Assembly: GCA_943371835.1 (NCBI GenBank)
Contig: CALRWJ020000007.1
Span: forward strand, 42,564-106,563
From: Afipia felis
GTDB taxonomy: Bacteria > Pseudomonadota > Alphaproteobacteria > Caulobacterales > Caulobacteraceae
Reading direction: 5' to 3'
Length of the DNA: 64,000 nt
The notes beneath the pieces were generated by a model. That model was not told the origin of the DNA. It made no database searches and saw only the letters and a program-made list of their open reading frames with translations. The position numbers were made by a program, and so were the translations under genes. Shown here piece after piece: positions 31,391 to 40,722 of this stretch. Positions within the stretch are counted from its first letter, which is position 1, and every line of letters begins with the position of its first letter.

Positions 31391-31454
31391 CCATGTCGGC
31401 TTCGTTTTCCTGCACAAGTTCCAAGCTTGTGCAGCCGAAATGTCCAGACGTGTT

Positions 31455-32801
31455 CTACCGCCCGTAGGCGGGCGGATACGCGCCCTCGCCACCGTCGCGA
31501 TAGCGATCGCGCAGCAGCGTCGGGCGGCTGGTCATCGGCTGCTCCACGCCGCGCACGAACACGGCCTCGGCCGAGCTCAGCGGCTCCAGCGGGTCGCCGG
31601 ACCAGATCACCACGTCCGCGTCCGCGCCGGGCGCCAGCGTCCCGAACCGGTCGCCCATGCCGAAGATGCGCGCCGGGTTGATCGTGATCGCCGCCAGCGC
31701 CGCCTCGTGCGGCAGGCCGTGCGACACGGCGTTTCCGGCGTTGTATCGCGTCTCGCGCGCCCGGTGGATCGAGCCCTCGTTGCCCTTGATGGCGATGACC
31801 ACGCCCGCCGCGTTCAGGGCCGCGGCGTTCTCCATCCGCGCCCCGCGCCGCTCGAAATTGCCGGGCAGATTGCTGATCGGATTCAGCAGCACCGGCACCT
31901 TGGCCGCGGCGATCTGGTCGGCGACGATCCAGCCTTCCTCCGCGCCGTCCAGGATGATGCGGATGTTCTCTTCCTCGGCCAGGCGCAGCACCTGCAGGAT
32001 GTCGGCGGCGCGGTGAACCGTGACGATCAGCGGCATCCGCCCCTCGACCACCGGCACCAGCGCCTCCAGGTCCGCGCGCGACAGCGACAGGTCGCGCAGG
32101 GCGCCGCGCTCGTAGGCCGCGCGGTTGCGGGCGTACAGCCGCACCTCGGCCAGGCTCTCCTTGAACTGTATGAAGGTGGCCCCGCGCGCGCCGCCGGCGA
32201 TCGAGGCGCCCGCCTCGCCGAACGGCGCGACCATGGCGACGCGCGGCTTGACCAGGATGTCGGTCCCCGCGCCCAGATGGATCACCGCCGCCTGGCCCGC
32301 GAACAGGCTGGGCGCCTGATAGCCGCCCTCGCCCGCGCCGGCGAAGTCGCTGTCGTCCTGATGCAGGCCGCCCCCGCCCCCGGCGTGGCTGGGCACCACG
32401 ACCGCGCGGGTCACGCCGCCCAGGCGCGCCACCGGCAGGGTGATCGACCACGGATCCAGGCCATAGCTGACGTCGAAGGCCGCGCCGATGGTGTTCGCGT
32501 CGTTCGACAGATCGTCGGTGCCGCCGACCGACGACACTTCCGAGGCGCCCAGACCCGAATCGACGGCGACGATGCCGGGGGTCACGACCTTGCCGGTGGC
32601 GTCGATGATGCGCGCGGTCGCGGGCGGCGGCGTCGCGCCCACCGAGACGATGCGCCCGTCGCGCATGACCACGGTGCCGTTGGGGATGACCTGCGTCCCG
32701 GTGTGGACCTGACCGCCGACGATGGCGGTGATCTCTTGCGCCAGGGCGGGGCCGGCCAGCGCCGTCAGGGCGGCGGCGAGCAGAAGGCTGCGGCGGATCA
32801 T
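31455..32801 (-). CDS. periplasmic amidohydrolase-superfamily protein (second gene of pair)
   Basis: Signal peptide MIRRSLLLAAALTALAGPALAQ; GKVVTPGIVAVDSGLG; C-terminal ADADVVIWSGDPLE. The ATG overlaps the upstream stop (ATGA). Confidence 0.8.
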   Translation of the reverse strand: MIRRSLLLAAALTALAGPALAQEITAIVGGQVHTGTQVIPNGTVVMRDGRIVSVGATPPPATARIIDATGKVVTPGIVAVDSGLGASEVSSVGGTDDLSNDANTIGAAFDVSYGLDPWSITLPVARLGGVTRAVVVPSHAGGGGGLHQDDSDFAGAGEGGYQAPSLFAGQAAVIHLGAGTDILVKPRVAMVAPFGEAGASIAGGARGATFIQFKESLAEVRLYARNRAAYERGALRDLSLSRADLEALVPVVEGRMPLIVTVHRAADILQVLRLAEEENIRIILDGAEEGWIVADQIAAAKVPVLLNPISNLPGNFERRGARMENAAALNAAGVVIAIKGNEGSIHRARETRYNAGNAVSHGLPHEAALAAITINPARIFGMGDRFGTLAPGADADVVIWSGDPLEPLSSAEAVFVRGVEQPMTSRPTLLRDRYRDGGEGAYPPAYGR

Positions 32802-34279
32802 CAGCGGGCTCCCTGGCGGACGCCGGCGGTCGTCTGACCATAGCCGGGCTGGCCCAGTTCGAAGTCGGACACGGGCTGGAAGTTCGGGTCGTTTCGGTCG
32901 AAGGCCAGGCCGCCGTCGATGAAGACCTGATCCGCGCGGGCGTAGACGCTGAACGGATCGGCGCTCCAGATCACCACGTCGCCGCGCTTGCCGGCCTCCA
33001 GCGATCCCGTCTGGTCGGCGATGCCGAGCGCGCGGGCCGGGTTGGACGTGATCCAGCTGATGGCGTGCTCCTCGGTGATCGTCAGCCCGGCGCGACGGCC
33101 CGCGGCCAGCGCCGCGGCGGCTTCCTGGTTCAGGCGCTGCGTCAGCTCCGCGTCGTCGGAGTGGACCACCGCGCACGATCCCTCGGGCGCGTCGACCAGG
33201 GCGACGTTCTCCTCGATGCCGTCCAGGCTCTCCATCTTGAAGCCCCACCAGCCGGTCCACATGGCCGCGCAGATGCTCTCGCGCGCCAGCATCGGCGCGA
33301 CCTTGTAGGCCTCGACCGAGTGGTGGAACGCCGTGATGCGATAGCCGAACTCCTTCGACATATCGATCATCAGGGCCATCTCGTCGGCGCGATAGCAGTG
33401 GTTCTGGATCAGGATCGTGCCGTCCAGCACGCCCACCAGCGTGTCCATCTGAAGGTTGCGAGTCGGCGGCGTGCCCTCGCCCGTCTCGCGCCACTTGTCC
33501 CACTTCTCCTTGTATTCGCGGGCCGCGATGAAGGCGGCGCGATAGCCGGCCATGTTGCCCATGCCCGTCGCCGGGCTCTGGTTGCGGCCGCCGTAGACCC
33601 GGCTGGGGTTTTCGCCGCAGGCCATCTTCACCGTATAGGGCGCGCCCGGCAGCTTCATGCCCTGCACGCTCAGCGCCGGCACGTTGCGCAGGGTCACGCC
33701 GCGCCCGCCGAACAGGTTGGCCGATCCGGGCAGGATGTGCAGCGTCGTGATGCCGCCCGCCCGCGCCGTGTTGAAGCCGGGGTCCTGGGGCCACACCGAA
33801 TGCTCGGCCCAGACCTGGGCCGTGTTCGGGTTGGTCGCCTCGTTGCCGTCGCTCATGCCCGTCACGCCGGGCGAGGGGTAGACGCCCAGGTGGCTGTGCA
33901 CGTCGATGATGCCCGGCGTCACGAAGCGGCCGCGCGCGTCCACGACGCGGTGTCCGCCCGGCACCGGGGTCGAGGCGTCGCCGACGGCGGCGATCTTGCC
34001 GTCGGTCACGATGACGACGCCGTTCTCGATCCGGCGCCCGGCGCCGTCGAACACGGTGCCGCCGACGATGGCCATGTTCTCGCGCGGCAGGCCGCGATAG
34101 GTCGACGGATAGGGATCGGCCACCGTGGCCGGGTCCAGGCCCTGCGCCAACGCCTTGCGCTCGCGCGGCGCGGCGGGGGCTTCCCCCTCGCCCGACGATC
34201 CGTTGGTGGCGCAGGCGGACAGCGCCAGGGCGGCGGCCAGCGCCGACAGGCCGGCCCGCGCGGACAGATGCGATCTCAT
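32801..34279 (-). CDS. periplasmic amidohydrolase-superfamily lipoprotein (first gene of pair)
   Basis: Lipobox LALSAC, the metal motif TPGIIDVHSHLG, and KRGDVVIWSADPF. Confidence 0.85.
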   Translation of the reverse strand: MRSHLSARAGLSALAAALALSACATNGSSGEGEAPAAPRERKALAQGLDPATVADPYPSTYRGLPRENMAIVGGTVFDGAGRRIENGVVIVTDGKIAAVGDASTPVPGGHRVVDARGRFVTPGIIDVHSHLGVYPSPGVTGMSDGNEATNPNTAQVWAEHSVWPQDPGFNTARAGGITTLHILPGSANLFGGRGVTLRNVPALSVQGMKLPGAPYTVKMACGENPSRVYGGRNQSPATGMGNMAGYRAAFIAAREYKEKWDKWRETGEGTPPTRNLQMDTLVGVLDGTILIQNHCYRADEMALMIDMSKEFGYRITAFHHSVEAYKVAPMLARESICAAMWTGWWGFKMESLDGIEENVALVDAPEGSCAVVHSDDAELTQRLNQEAAAALAAGRRAGLTITEEHAISWITSNPARALGIADQTGSLEAGKRGDVVIWSADPFSVYARADQVFIDGGLAFDRNDPNFQPVSDFELGQPGYGQTTAGVRQGAR

Positions 34280-34328
34280 TCGGCATTCCCCCTTCGCCCG
34301 GCACGACGGCGCGGGCGAGGGGGATTAC

Positions 34329-34349
34329 AAAAGCGTCCGGTCCCGGACG
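34329..34349 (-). terminator. intrinsic terminator of etfBA
   Basis: - strand reads CGTCCGG-GA-CCGGACG followed by TTTT. Confidence 0.65.
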
Positions 34350-34385
34350 TCAAAGGCCGATTTCATTACAAGTCGGTAAGGCGCC

Positions 34386-35318
34386 TCAGCCCAGGGCCTT
34401 CATCAGCTCCGGCACCGCGGTCTTGTAGTCCGCGACCAGGCCGTAGTCGGCGACCTGGAAGATGGGCGCGTCGGCGTCCTTGTTGATGGCGACGATGACC
34501 TTGGAGTCCTTCATCCCCGCCAGGTGCTGGATGGCGCCCGAGATGCCGACCGCGATGTACAGCTGCGGCGCCACGACCTTGCCGGTCTGACCGACCTGGT
34601 AGTCGTTCGGCGCATAGCCGGCGTCGACGGCGGCGCGGCTGGCGCCCACGGCGGCGCCCAGCTTGTCGGCCAAGGGGTCCATGACCGCGTGGAACTCTTC
34701 GGCCGAACCCAGGGCGCGGCCGCCGGAGACCACGATCCTGGCGGCGCCCAGTTCGGGGCGGTCCGACTTGACCATCTCTTCCGACACGAAGTCGGTCTTG
34801 GGCGCGTCGGCGCCGGCGACGGCCTCGACCGGGGCCGAGCCGCCGTCGCCCGCCGCGGCGAAGGCGGTGGGACGCACGGTGATAACCTTCTTGGTGTCGG
34901 CCGACCTGATCGTCTCCAGCGCGTTGCCGGCATAGATCGGGCGCACAAAGGTGTCGGGCGCGACGACCTCGATGATGTCCGAGATCGGCGCCACGTCCAG
35001 CTTGGCGGCCAGACGCGGGGCGAAATTCTTGCCGTCGGTCGTGGCCGGGGCGAGGATAGCGTCATAGCCGCCGGCCAGCGGCAGGACGGTCGCCTCGACC
35101 GCCTCGGCCAGCGTCTTGCCCAGCTCGGCGCTCTCGGCCAGCAGGACCTTGGAGACGCCGTCGATCTTTGCGGCCTGATCGGCCACGCCCCGGGCGCCCT
35201 GACCCACGACCAGCACGTGGACGTCGCCGCCCAGCGCCTTCGCCGCCGTCACGGTCTTGTGGGTGGTGTCGCGGACGGTCGAGCCGTCGTGATCGGCGAT
35301 GACGAGAACGGCCATCAC
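34386..35318 (-). CDS. etfA: electron transfer flavoprotein alpha subunit
   Basis: [31 protein letters not shown]. Confidence 0.95.
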   Translation of the reverse strand: MMAVLVIADHDGSTVRDTTHKTVTAAKALGGDVHVLVVGQGARGVADQAAKIDGVSKVLLAESAELGKTLAEAVEATVLPLAGGYDAILAPATTDGKNFAPRLAAKLDVAPISDIIEVVAPDTFVRPIYAGNALETIRSADTKKVITVRPTAFAAAGDGGSAPVEAVAGADAPKTDFVSEEMVKSDRPELGAARIVVSGGRALGSAEEFHAVMDPLADKLGAAVGASRAAVDAGYAPNDYQVGQTGKVVAPQLYIAVGISGAIQHLAGMKDSKVIVAINKDADAPIFQVADYGLVADYKTAVPELMKALG

Positions 35319-36079
35319 AGCACCCCCGCGGACTTGAGCTTGGAAACCAGTTCGGCGGCGTCGGCCACCTTGATCCCGGCCGACCGCTTGGGCGGCTCGG
35401 TGACCTTGACCACCGTCAGGCGCGGCGCGACGTCGACCGCGTAGTCGGAGACGGTCTTCATGGCGATCTCCTTCTTCTTGGCCTTCATGATGTTGGGCAG
35501 CGAGGCGTAGCGGGGCGTGTTCAGGCGCAGGTCAACGGTGACCACGGCGGGCAACTGCGCGGCCACGGTCTGCAGGCCGCCGTCGACCTCACGCGTCACG
35601 ACCGCCTTGCCGTCCTTGATCTCAAGCTTGCCGGCGAAGGTGGCCTGGGGCCAGTCCAGCAGGGCCGCCAGCATCTGGCCGACCGCATTGTTGTCGCCGT
35701 CGATCGACTGCTTGCCCATCAGGACCAGGTCGGGCTTCTCCTCCTCGACCACCGCCTTCAGCAGCTTGGCGACGCCCAGCGGTTCCACGTCGGCGTCGGA
35801 CTGGATCAGGATGCCGCGGTCCGCGCCGATGGCCAGCGCCGTGCGGATCGTCTCCTGCGCCTGCGCCGGGCCGATGGAGACGACGACGATCTCGGTCGCC
35901 GTGCCGGCGGCGTGACCGCCCTTGCCTTCCTGCATGCGCACGGCCTCTTCGACGGCGATTTCGTCGAAGGGGTTCATGCTCATCTTGACGTTGGCCAGAT
36001 CGACGCCGGTCTGGTCCGCCTTCACGCGGGCCTTGACGTTGTAGTCGATCACCCGTTTGACGGGGACGAGAACCTTCAT
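35315..36079 (-). CDS. etfB: electron transfer flavoprotein beta subunit
   Basis: [19 protein letters not shown]...[17 protein letters not shown] at 36079; the track ORF extends further upstream. Confidence 0.95.
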   Translation of the reverse strand: MKVLVPVKRVIDYNVKARVKADQTGVDLANVKMSMNPFDEIAVEEAVRMQEGKGGHAAGTATEIVVVSIGPAQAQETIRTALAIGADRGILIQSDADVEPLGVAKLLKAVVEEEKPDLVLMGKQSIDGDNNAVGQMLAALLDWPQATFAGKLEIKDGKAVVTREVDGGLQTVAAQLPAVVTVDLRLNTPRYASLPNIMKAKKKEIAMKTVSDYAVDVAPRLTVVKVTEPPKRSAGIKVADAAELVSKLKSAGVL

Positions 36080-36177
36080 GGGATCATCCACGGAATTGCC
36101 GAAATCAGGCGCGAGGGATTGGACCGCGCGTCCCCGGCTGTCAACGTGACCAAAGGTCAAGCGTTCAAAGGACCCCG

Positions 36178-36525
36178 ATGCTTCGCCTCCTGACCTTCCG
36201 CCGTCTCAGCGTGCTGTTCCTCAGCGCCTTCGTCGTCAGCCTGGGCCTGATCCTGGCCTATGAGCATTTCGTGCGCGAGCCGGGGGAACGTTGCGAGGAG
36301 TCGGGCAAGTGGTGGGATCCGGAGGGCCGCGTCTGCGCCCAGCCCATCTCCGTCGCCGAGAAGATCGCGGAACTTGAGGCCCTGGGCCTGAACCGCGAGC
36401 AGGCCTCGGCCCAGCGCAACCGCGAACTGGTGGCCATCGAGGATCAGCTGGCGGCCAACGAAAAGGCCGTCGAGGCCGACGCCGAACGCCAGCGCGCCGC
36501 GCTGAAGGCCGAGCAGGGCCGCTGA
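36178..36525 (+). CDS. hypothetical membrane-anchored protein
   Basis: N-terminal [21 protein letters not shown], then a CxxxxxxxxxxxxC region and a coiled-coil tail. High GC3. Confidence 0.5.
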   Translation: MLRLLTFRRLSVLFLSAFVVSLGLILAYEHFVREPGERCEESGKWWDPEGRVCAQPISVAEKIAELEALGLNREQASAQRNRELVAIEDQLAANEKAVEADAERQRAALKAEQGR

Positions 36526-36526
36526 C

Positions 36527-37099
36527 CTAGCGCGTCGCGCCCGGGACCCACTTCACGTCGTCGGCGCCGTGGGCGTTGGCGCGGCGGCCCGCGACGAACA
36601 GCCAGTCGGACAGACGGTTCAGATAGCGCAGCGCCGCGGGCGTCAGGGCGTGCCCGGCCTCCTGCGCCGCCACCGCCTCGCGCTCGGCACGGCGGCACAC
36701 GGTGCGCGCCAGGTGCAGATGCGCCGACAGGGGCGAGCCGCCCGGCAGGATGAAGCTGTCCAGCGGCTTCTGCGTCTCGTTCATCACGTCGATCTCGGCC
36801 TCCAGCCGCTCGACCTGGGCGTCGACGATGCGCAGCGCCTCCCATGCCGGGGCCGGCTCCGACGGCGTGGCCAGGTCGGCGCCGAGGTCGAAAAGCTCGT
36901 TCTGGATCCGACCCAGCGCCGCGTCGATGCGGTCGTTCTGGCCCGAGTGCAGGCGCGCCAGGCCGATGACGGCGTTCAGCTCGTCCACCGTGCCGTAGGC
37001 GGCGACGCGGGGATGGGTCTTGGAGATCGGCTCGCCCGTCGCCAGCCGGGTCGTTCCGTCGTCGCCGGTGCGGGTGTAGATCCTGTTCAGCGTGACCAT
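36527..37099 (-). CDS. ATP:cob(I)alamin adenosyltransferase, PduO type
   Basis: IYTRTGDDGTT...AAYGTVDELN...FILPGG. Confidence 0.9.
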   Translation of the reverse strand: MVTLNRIYTRTGDDGTTRLATGEPISKTHPRVAAYGTVDELNAVIGLARLHSGQNDRIDAALGRIQNELFDLGADLATPSEPAPAWEALRIVDAQVERLEAEIDVMNETQKPLDSFILPGGSPLSAHLHLARTVCRRAEREAVAAQEAGHALTPAALRYLNRLSDWLFVAGRRANAHGADDVKWVPGATR

Positions 37100-37103
37100 C
37101 GGA

Positions 37104-37307
37104 TCAGCCGCCGTGCGTGGACTTCCACCACATTCCGGCGACAAGAAGAATCACCGCCACCGCCTGCAGGGCGACGCGCAGCCGCATCAGCTTGTTGGAC
37201 CGCGAGCGCGCGCCTTCGTCGGTCTGGTACAGGGACCAGATGCCGAAGCCGAGCGTGACGGCGACCGCCGCCACGGCGATCAGCACCAGGATGTCGAACA
37301 GGTCCAT
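37104..37307 (-). CDS. twin-transmembrane-helix small protein (HIG1-like)
   Basis: 67 aa with two TM helices separated by a basic loop SRSNKLMRLRV. Confidence 0.7.
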   Translation of the reverse strand: MDLFDILVLIAVAAVAVTLGFGIWSLYQTDEGARSRSNKLMRLRVALQAVAVILLVAGMWWKSTHGG

Positions 37308-37499
37308 CGTTCCGCTCCGCCCCACGCGCCATCTCGGCGCGAAGTTCCTGTATTTCTTACGTTAGGGAAGCGGGAACTGTGGCGCGCGCGCCGCAGCCGC
37401 CCCGAAAACTCGTCTGATCTAGTGGCTGTTCAGACGCCCGTCACCCACCATGCGACAGGATGTCGGAACGATGTCGATGCTCGCGGCTTGGAAAGGGCC

Positions 37500-38210
37500 A
37501 TGCTCATGCGACTGAAATCTCTGTTCGGCCGGGTCGCCGTGCCCGACGCCCTGGACATGGAAGAGCATTACCGCACGCCGGCCGAGAAGACGGCCGATCT
37601 GGTCGTGCACGTGGTCGGCCTGACGCTGGCGGCGGTCGGCGGCGTCGTTCTGGCGGTGCTGGCGGCGATCTATTCGGGCGTGGGCGCGGTGGTGTCGACG
37701 GCGGTCTATGCCCTGTGCCTGATCGGCATGCTGACGGCCTCGACGATCTACAACCAGACGCGACCCTGCGCCGCGCGCCCGGTGCTGCGCCGTTTGGACG
37801 AGGCGGCGATCTTCCTGATGATCGCCGGCAGCTACACGCCCTTCACGACGCAGCGGTTCGAGGGGGCCTGGGCGGTCGGCTTCACCCTGCTGGTCTGGGC
37901 GCTGGGCTTCGGCGGGGCCTTCGCCAAGCTGTGGGCGCCGCGTCTGTCCGACGCGATCTGGAGCGCGGTCTACGTCGCCTTCGGCTGGCTGGCCGTCTTC
38001 GCGCTGAAGCCCATGTTGGACACGGTCCACCCGGCGGCCCTGATCCTGCTGGTGATCGGCGGGCTGATCTACACCGCCGGGGTCTTCGTCTTCATCAGCC
38101 CGAAGGTGAAGTTCCGCCGCGCCATCTGGCACGGCTTCGTCGTCACGGGCGCGACGGTGCACTGGGCCGCCGTCCTGGTCGGCGTGGTGCTGGCGCCCGC
38201 GATGACGTGA
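37500..38210 (+). CDS. hemolysin III / PAQR family membrane protein
   Basis: 7 TMs; LRRLDEAAIFLMIAGSYTPF and HGFVVTGATVHW. Confidence 0.85.
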   Translation: MLMRLKSLFGRVAVPDALDMEEHYRTPAEKTADLVVHVVGLTLAAVGGVVLAVLAAIYSGVGAVVSTAVYALCLIGMLTASTIYNQTRPCAARPVLRRLDEAAIFLMIAGSYTPFTTQRFEGAWAVGFTLLVWALGFGGAFAKLWAPRLSDAIWSAVYVAFGWLAVFALKPMLDTVHPAALILLVIGGLIYTAGVFVFISPKVKFRRAIWHGFVVTGATVHWAAVLVGVVLAPAMT

Positions 38211-38283
38211 CGTCAGGTTCGCGCTGGCGTCGCGGCCCGGCCTGCGCGATGGTGCGCCGACCGACCATTTCGAGAGGCGCCGC

Positions 38284-38886
38284 GTGACCGAGGCAAAATC
38301 CGGGGAAGCCCGGCCGATCGTCATCAAGAAGTACGCCAACCGGCGCCTCTACAACACCGCCACCTCGGCCTACGTCACGCTGGAGGACCTGGCCAAGATG
38401 GTCCGCGCGGGCCAGGACTTCACCGTCCACGACGCCAAGTCGGGCGAGGACCTGACCCGGCAGATCCTGACCCAGATCATCTTCGAGGAGGAGAACCGCG
38501 GCGAGGCGCTGCTGCCGGTGCAGTTCCTGCGGCGGCTGATCGGCTTCTACGGCGGCCAGATGCAGCCCGTGCTGCCCAGCTATCTGGAGATGTCGCTGGA
38601 CGCCTTCGCCAAGCAGCAGGAGCAGCTGCGCGGCCAGTTCAAACAGACGTTCGGCGGCGCGCCCGGCGCGGGCCTGCTGGACGAGGCGGTGCGGCAGAAC
38701 ATGAAGATGTTCGAACAGGCCATGCGGATGTGGCCCGGCTTCGCGGCCGGCATGCCCGCCGCCGCCCCGCCCGCGGAAGCGCCGACGCCGCCCAGGGCGG
38801 ACGACGGACTGGCCGAGATGCGCCGCCAGATGGACGAGATGCGCGCCCAACTGGATCGTCTGGCCGGCGCGGCGCCCCGCAAGTGA
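38284..38886 (+). CDS. phaR: polyhydroxyalkanoate synthesis repressor PhaR
   Basis: IKKYANRRLYNT..SAYVTLEDLA, LTQIIFEEE. Confidence 0.9.
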   Translation: MTEAKSGEARPIVIKKYANRRLYNTATSAYVTLEDLAKMVRAGQDFTVHDAKSGEDLTRQILTQIIFEEENRGEALLPVQFLRRLIGFYGGQMQPVLPSYLEMSLDAFAKQQEQLRGQFKQTFGGAPGAGLLDEAVRQNMKMFEQAMRMWPGFAAGMPAAAPPAEAPTPPRADDGLAEMRRQMDEMRAQLDRLAGAAPRK

Positions 38887-39182
38887 GCGACGACGACCGC
38901 CGCGAGGCCGACCGGCGCGCGCGCGACCGCCGCGCCTCGGGGCGGGCGCTGGTCCCCGTGGCGCCGTCCGAAGACGTCGCCGCCTCGCCCGCACGTCCCG
39001 CCCCGCCCGGCACGGACCCGGCGTTTTCCGCCCAGTTGCTGGGTCAGGACGGCCAGAGACGCGGCTTGAAGGGCGGCCCGCCGGTCCTGGACGCGGCGCG
39101 CAGCGGCTACCTGAAGACCCAGCATTCCGGCCCGTCGGACCGGCGGCCCAGGCCCGGCGGCGTGGTCAAGTCGGAAACCTGA
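38883..39182 (+). CDS. hypothetical protein, translationally coupled to phaR
   Basis: The GTG overlaps the phaR stop (GTGA). High GC3 throughout. Conserved-looking core AFSAQLLGQDGQRRGLKGGPPVLDAARSGYL. Confidence 0.5.
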   Translation: MSDDDRREADRRARDRRASGRALVPVAPSEDVAASPARPAPPGTDPAFSAQLLGQDGQRRGLKGGPPVLDAARSGYLKTQHSGPSDRRPRPGGVVKSET

Positions 39183-39313
39183 CGACCCGGCACGGTCCTT
39201 GCTGAGACGGCGGCGAAAACCGCCATCCCGGGACCGCCGCCATGCTTTCGATACTCAGCCGCGTCGTCGACGTGACCGTCATCGCCCTGATCTTCGTGGC
39301 GTTCGGCTGACCG

Positions 39314-39395
39314 CTCTCAAGCAGTGGGCGACGGCGCGCAAGCGATAGGGCCCTCGCCCTCAAGCAGCGAGCGACCGCGTCGCGAGCGGTAGGGC
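39314..39395. repeat. tandem pair of the 30-nt dispersed repeat family (one diverged copy, one exact)
   Basis: The pair is CTCTCAAGCAGTGGGCGACGGCGCGCAAGCGATAGGGC followed by CCCTCAAGCAGCGAGCGACCGCGTCGCGAGCGGTAGGGC. The second contains the exact 30-mer of 17082-17111. Confidence 0.6.
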
Positions 39396-39409
39396 GAACG
39401 AGAGCCCCC

Positions 39410-39820
39410 TCAGGCGGCGCCGAAGTCCAGGTCCTTGCGGGCCGCGATGATGGTGACGATGAAGCCGGCCAGCACGTCCAGCATCACCATCGAGGTGATC
39501 AGGAAGAAGGTCGAGGTGGCGAAGGTCCGCATCAGCAGGAACTCCACCAGGCAGATCACGAACAGGATCATCGACAGGGCGTGGTTGATGATCGCCACCT
39601 TCTGGCTGGAGGTCGACTTCAGCAGCTCGAAGAACAGCAGGATCAGCGCCAGGAACAGGATCATGTCGCCCACGCCCACCTGCCACTGGGCGCCGGACGC
39701 CATGCCGATGTGGAACAGCGGCTCGCGCAGCCGCTCGTCGGCCGTCGCCGCCGCGCCGGTCAGCGCCACGATGTTGTAGAGGATCACGGGGATCACCAGC
39801 AGCGGCAGGGCGATCAGCAT
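39410..39820 (-). CDS. hypothetical integral membrane protein (4 TM)
   Basis: Hydrophobic segments LPLLVIPVILYNIVAL, ILFLALILLFFELL, LSMILFVICLVEFLL and FFLITSMVMLDVLAGFIV. Confidence 0.7.
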   Translation of the reverse strand: MLIALPLLVIPVILYNIVALTGAAATADERLREPLFHIGMASGAQWQVGVGDMILFLALILLFFELLKSTSSQKVAIINHALSMILFVICLVEFLLMRTFATSTFFLITSMVMLDVLAGFIVTIIAARKDLDFGAA

Positions 39821-39911
39821 GGGTCGATCCTTTATCGCGGTCCGGAACCGTTAACGCTGAATACCCGCGTTCGTGCCCCACGGCAAAGCTGAATCCCCGA
39901 CCGGGCGATCC

Positions 39912-40643
39912 TCAGACCTCGGCGACCGCGCCCGGGTTCCGCGCGCGGGTCTTCAGCCACATCACGCCCAGCAGGTCCGACAGCGACGCCATCAGCCGCC
40001 CCAGGTTGGTGTATTTCGACCGGCCCTGCTCGCGGTGGCGGTGGCCGACGTCGACGTACTGATTCTTCCAGCCCTCGCGGATCATCAGCGCGGGCAGGTA
40101 GCGGTGCAGGTGATCGAAATACGGCAGGCGCAGAAAGGCCTCGCGCCGGAACGCCTTCAGGCCGCAGCCCGTGTCGTCGGCGTCGTCGCCCAGAAGGTTC
40201 TTGCGGATGCGGTTGGCCCAGATCGACGCCTGGCGCTTGGCCTCGCTGTCCTGGCGGCTGGCGCGACGGCCGCCGACCAGGGCGACGTCGGCGGGCGCGG
40301 CCTCCAGCATCGCCACCAGCTTGGGCGCGTCGGCGGGCGGATTCTGGCCGTCGCCGTCCAGCGTCACCACGATCGGCGCCCGCGCCGCCAGCACGCCGGA
40401 CCGCACGGCCCGGCTCTGGCCCGCGTTGGACGGGTGCGTCAGCACGCGCAGCTGCGGGTGCAGCGCCTTCAGCGCCTTCAGCTCCTGCAGGGTCGTGTCG
40501 CGGCTGGCGTCGTCGACGAAGATCATCTCGAACGGCCGACCCGCGAAGGCGGCGGCGATTTCGGCCACCAGCGGGCCGACGGCCCCGGCCTCGTCGTGCA
40601 CGGGCACGACCACGGACACTTCGGGGGCGGGCGTCTGGCTCAT
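39912..40643 (-). CDS. GT2 polyprenyl-phosphate glycosyltransferase (ArnC/DPM1-like)
   Basis: VSVVVPVHDE, FVDDASRD, LDGDGQNPP, GCGLKAF. Confidence 0.85.
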   Translation of the reverse strand: MSQTPAPEVSVVVPVHDEAGAVGPLVAEIAAAFAGRPFEMIFVDDASRDTTLQELKALKALHPQLRVLTHPSNAGQSRAVRSGVLAARAPIVVTLDGDGQNPPADAPKLVAMLEAAPADVALVGGRRASRQDSEAKRQASIWANRIRKNLLGDDADDTGCGLKAFRREAFLRLPYFDHLHRYLPALMIREGWKNQYVDVGHRHREQGRSKYTNLGRLMASLSDLLGVMWLKTRARNPGAVAEV

Positions 40644-40722
40644 TCCGCGTCCATAGAACGGGACGCGCGCGGGCGAAAGCGGGCCGCTGACGCCGTCGCG
40701 CGAAGCGTGTAATCAGACCGTC

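Noticed and set aside
31410-31434. The palindrome CTGCACAAG-TTCCAAG-CTTGTGCAG just after the amidohydrolase stop, considered as a terminator.
   Set aside because: No U-tract follows it on either strand. The strong bidirectional terminator at 31357-31390 is the more likely termination site. Its function is unknown, and it may be a protein-binding site.
36143-36167. An EcfG-like motif (- strand TGAAC-N16-CGTT) upstream of etfB.
   Set aside because: There is a mismatch in the critical -35 GG. ETF genes are not expected GSR targets, and the match is likely chance in GC-rich DNA.
37465-37489. GGAAC-N16-GCTT upstream of the hemolysin III gene, and GGAAC-N17-CGTG (- strand, ~37330-37355) upstream of the HIG1-like gene.
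   Set aside because: The -10 elements are imperfect. The motifs also sit so close to the start codons that the transcripts would be nearly leaderless, so the support is insufficient.
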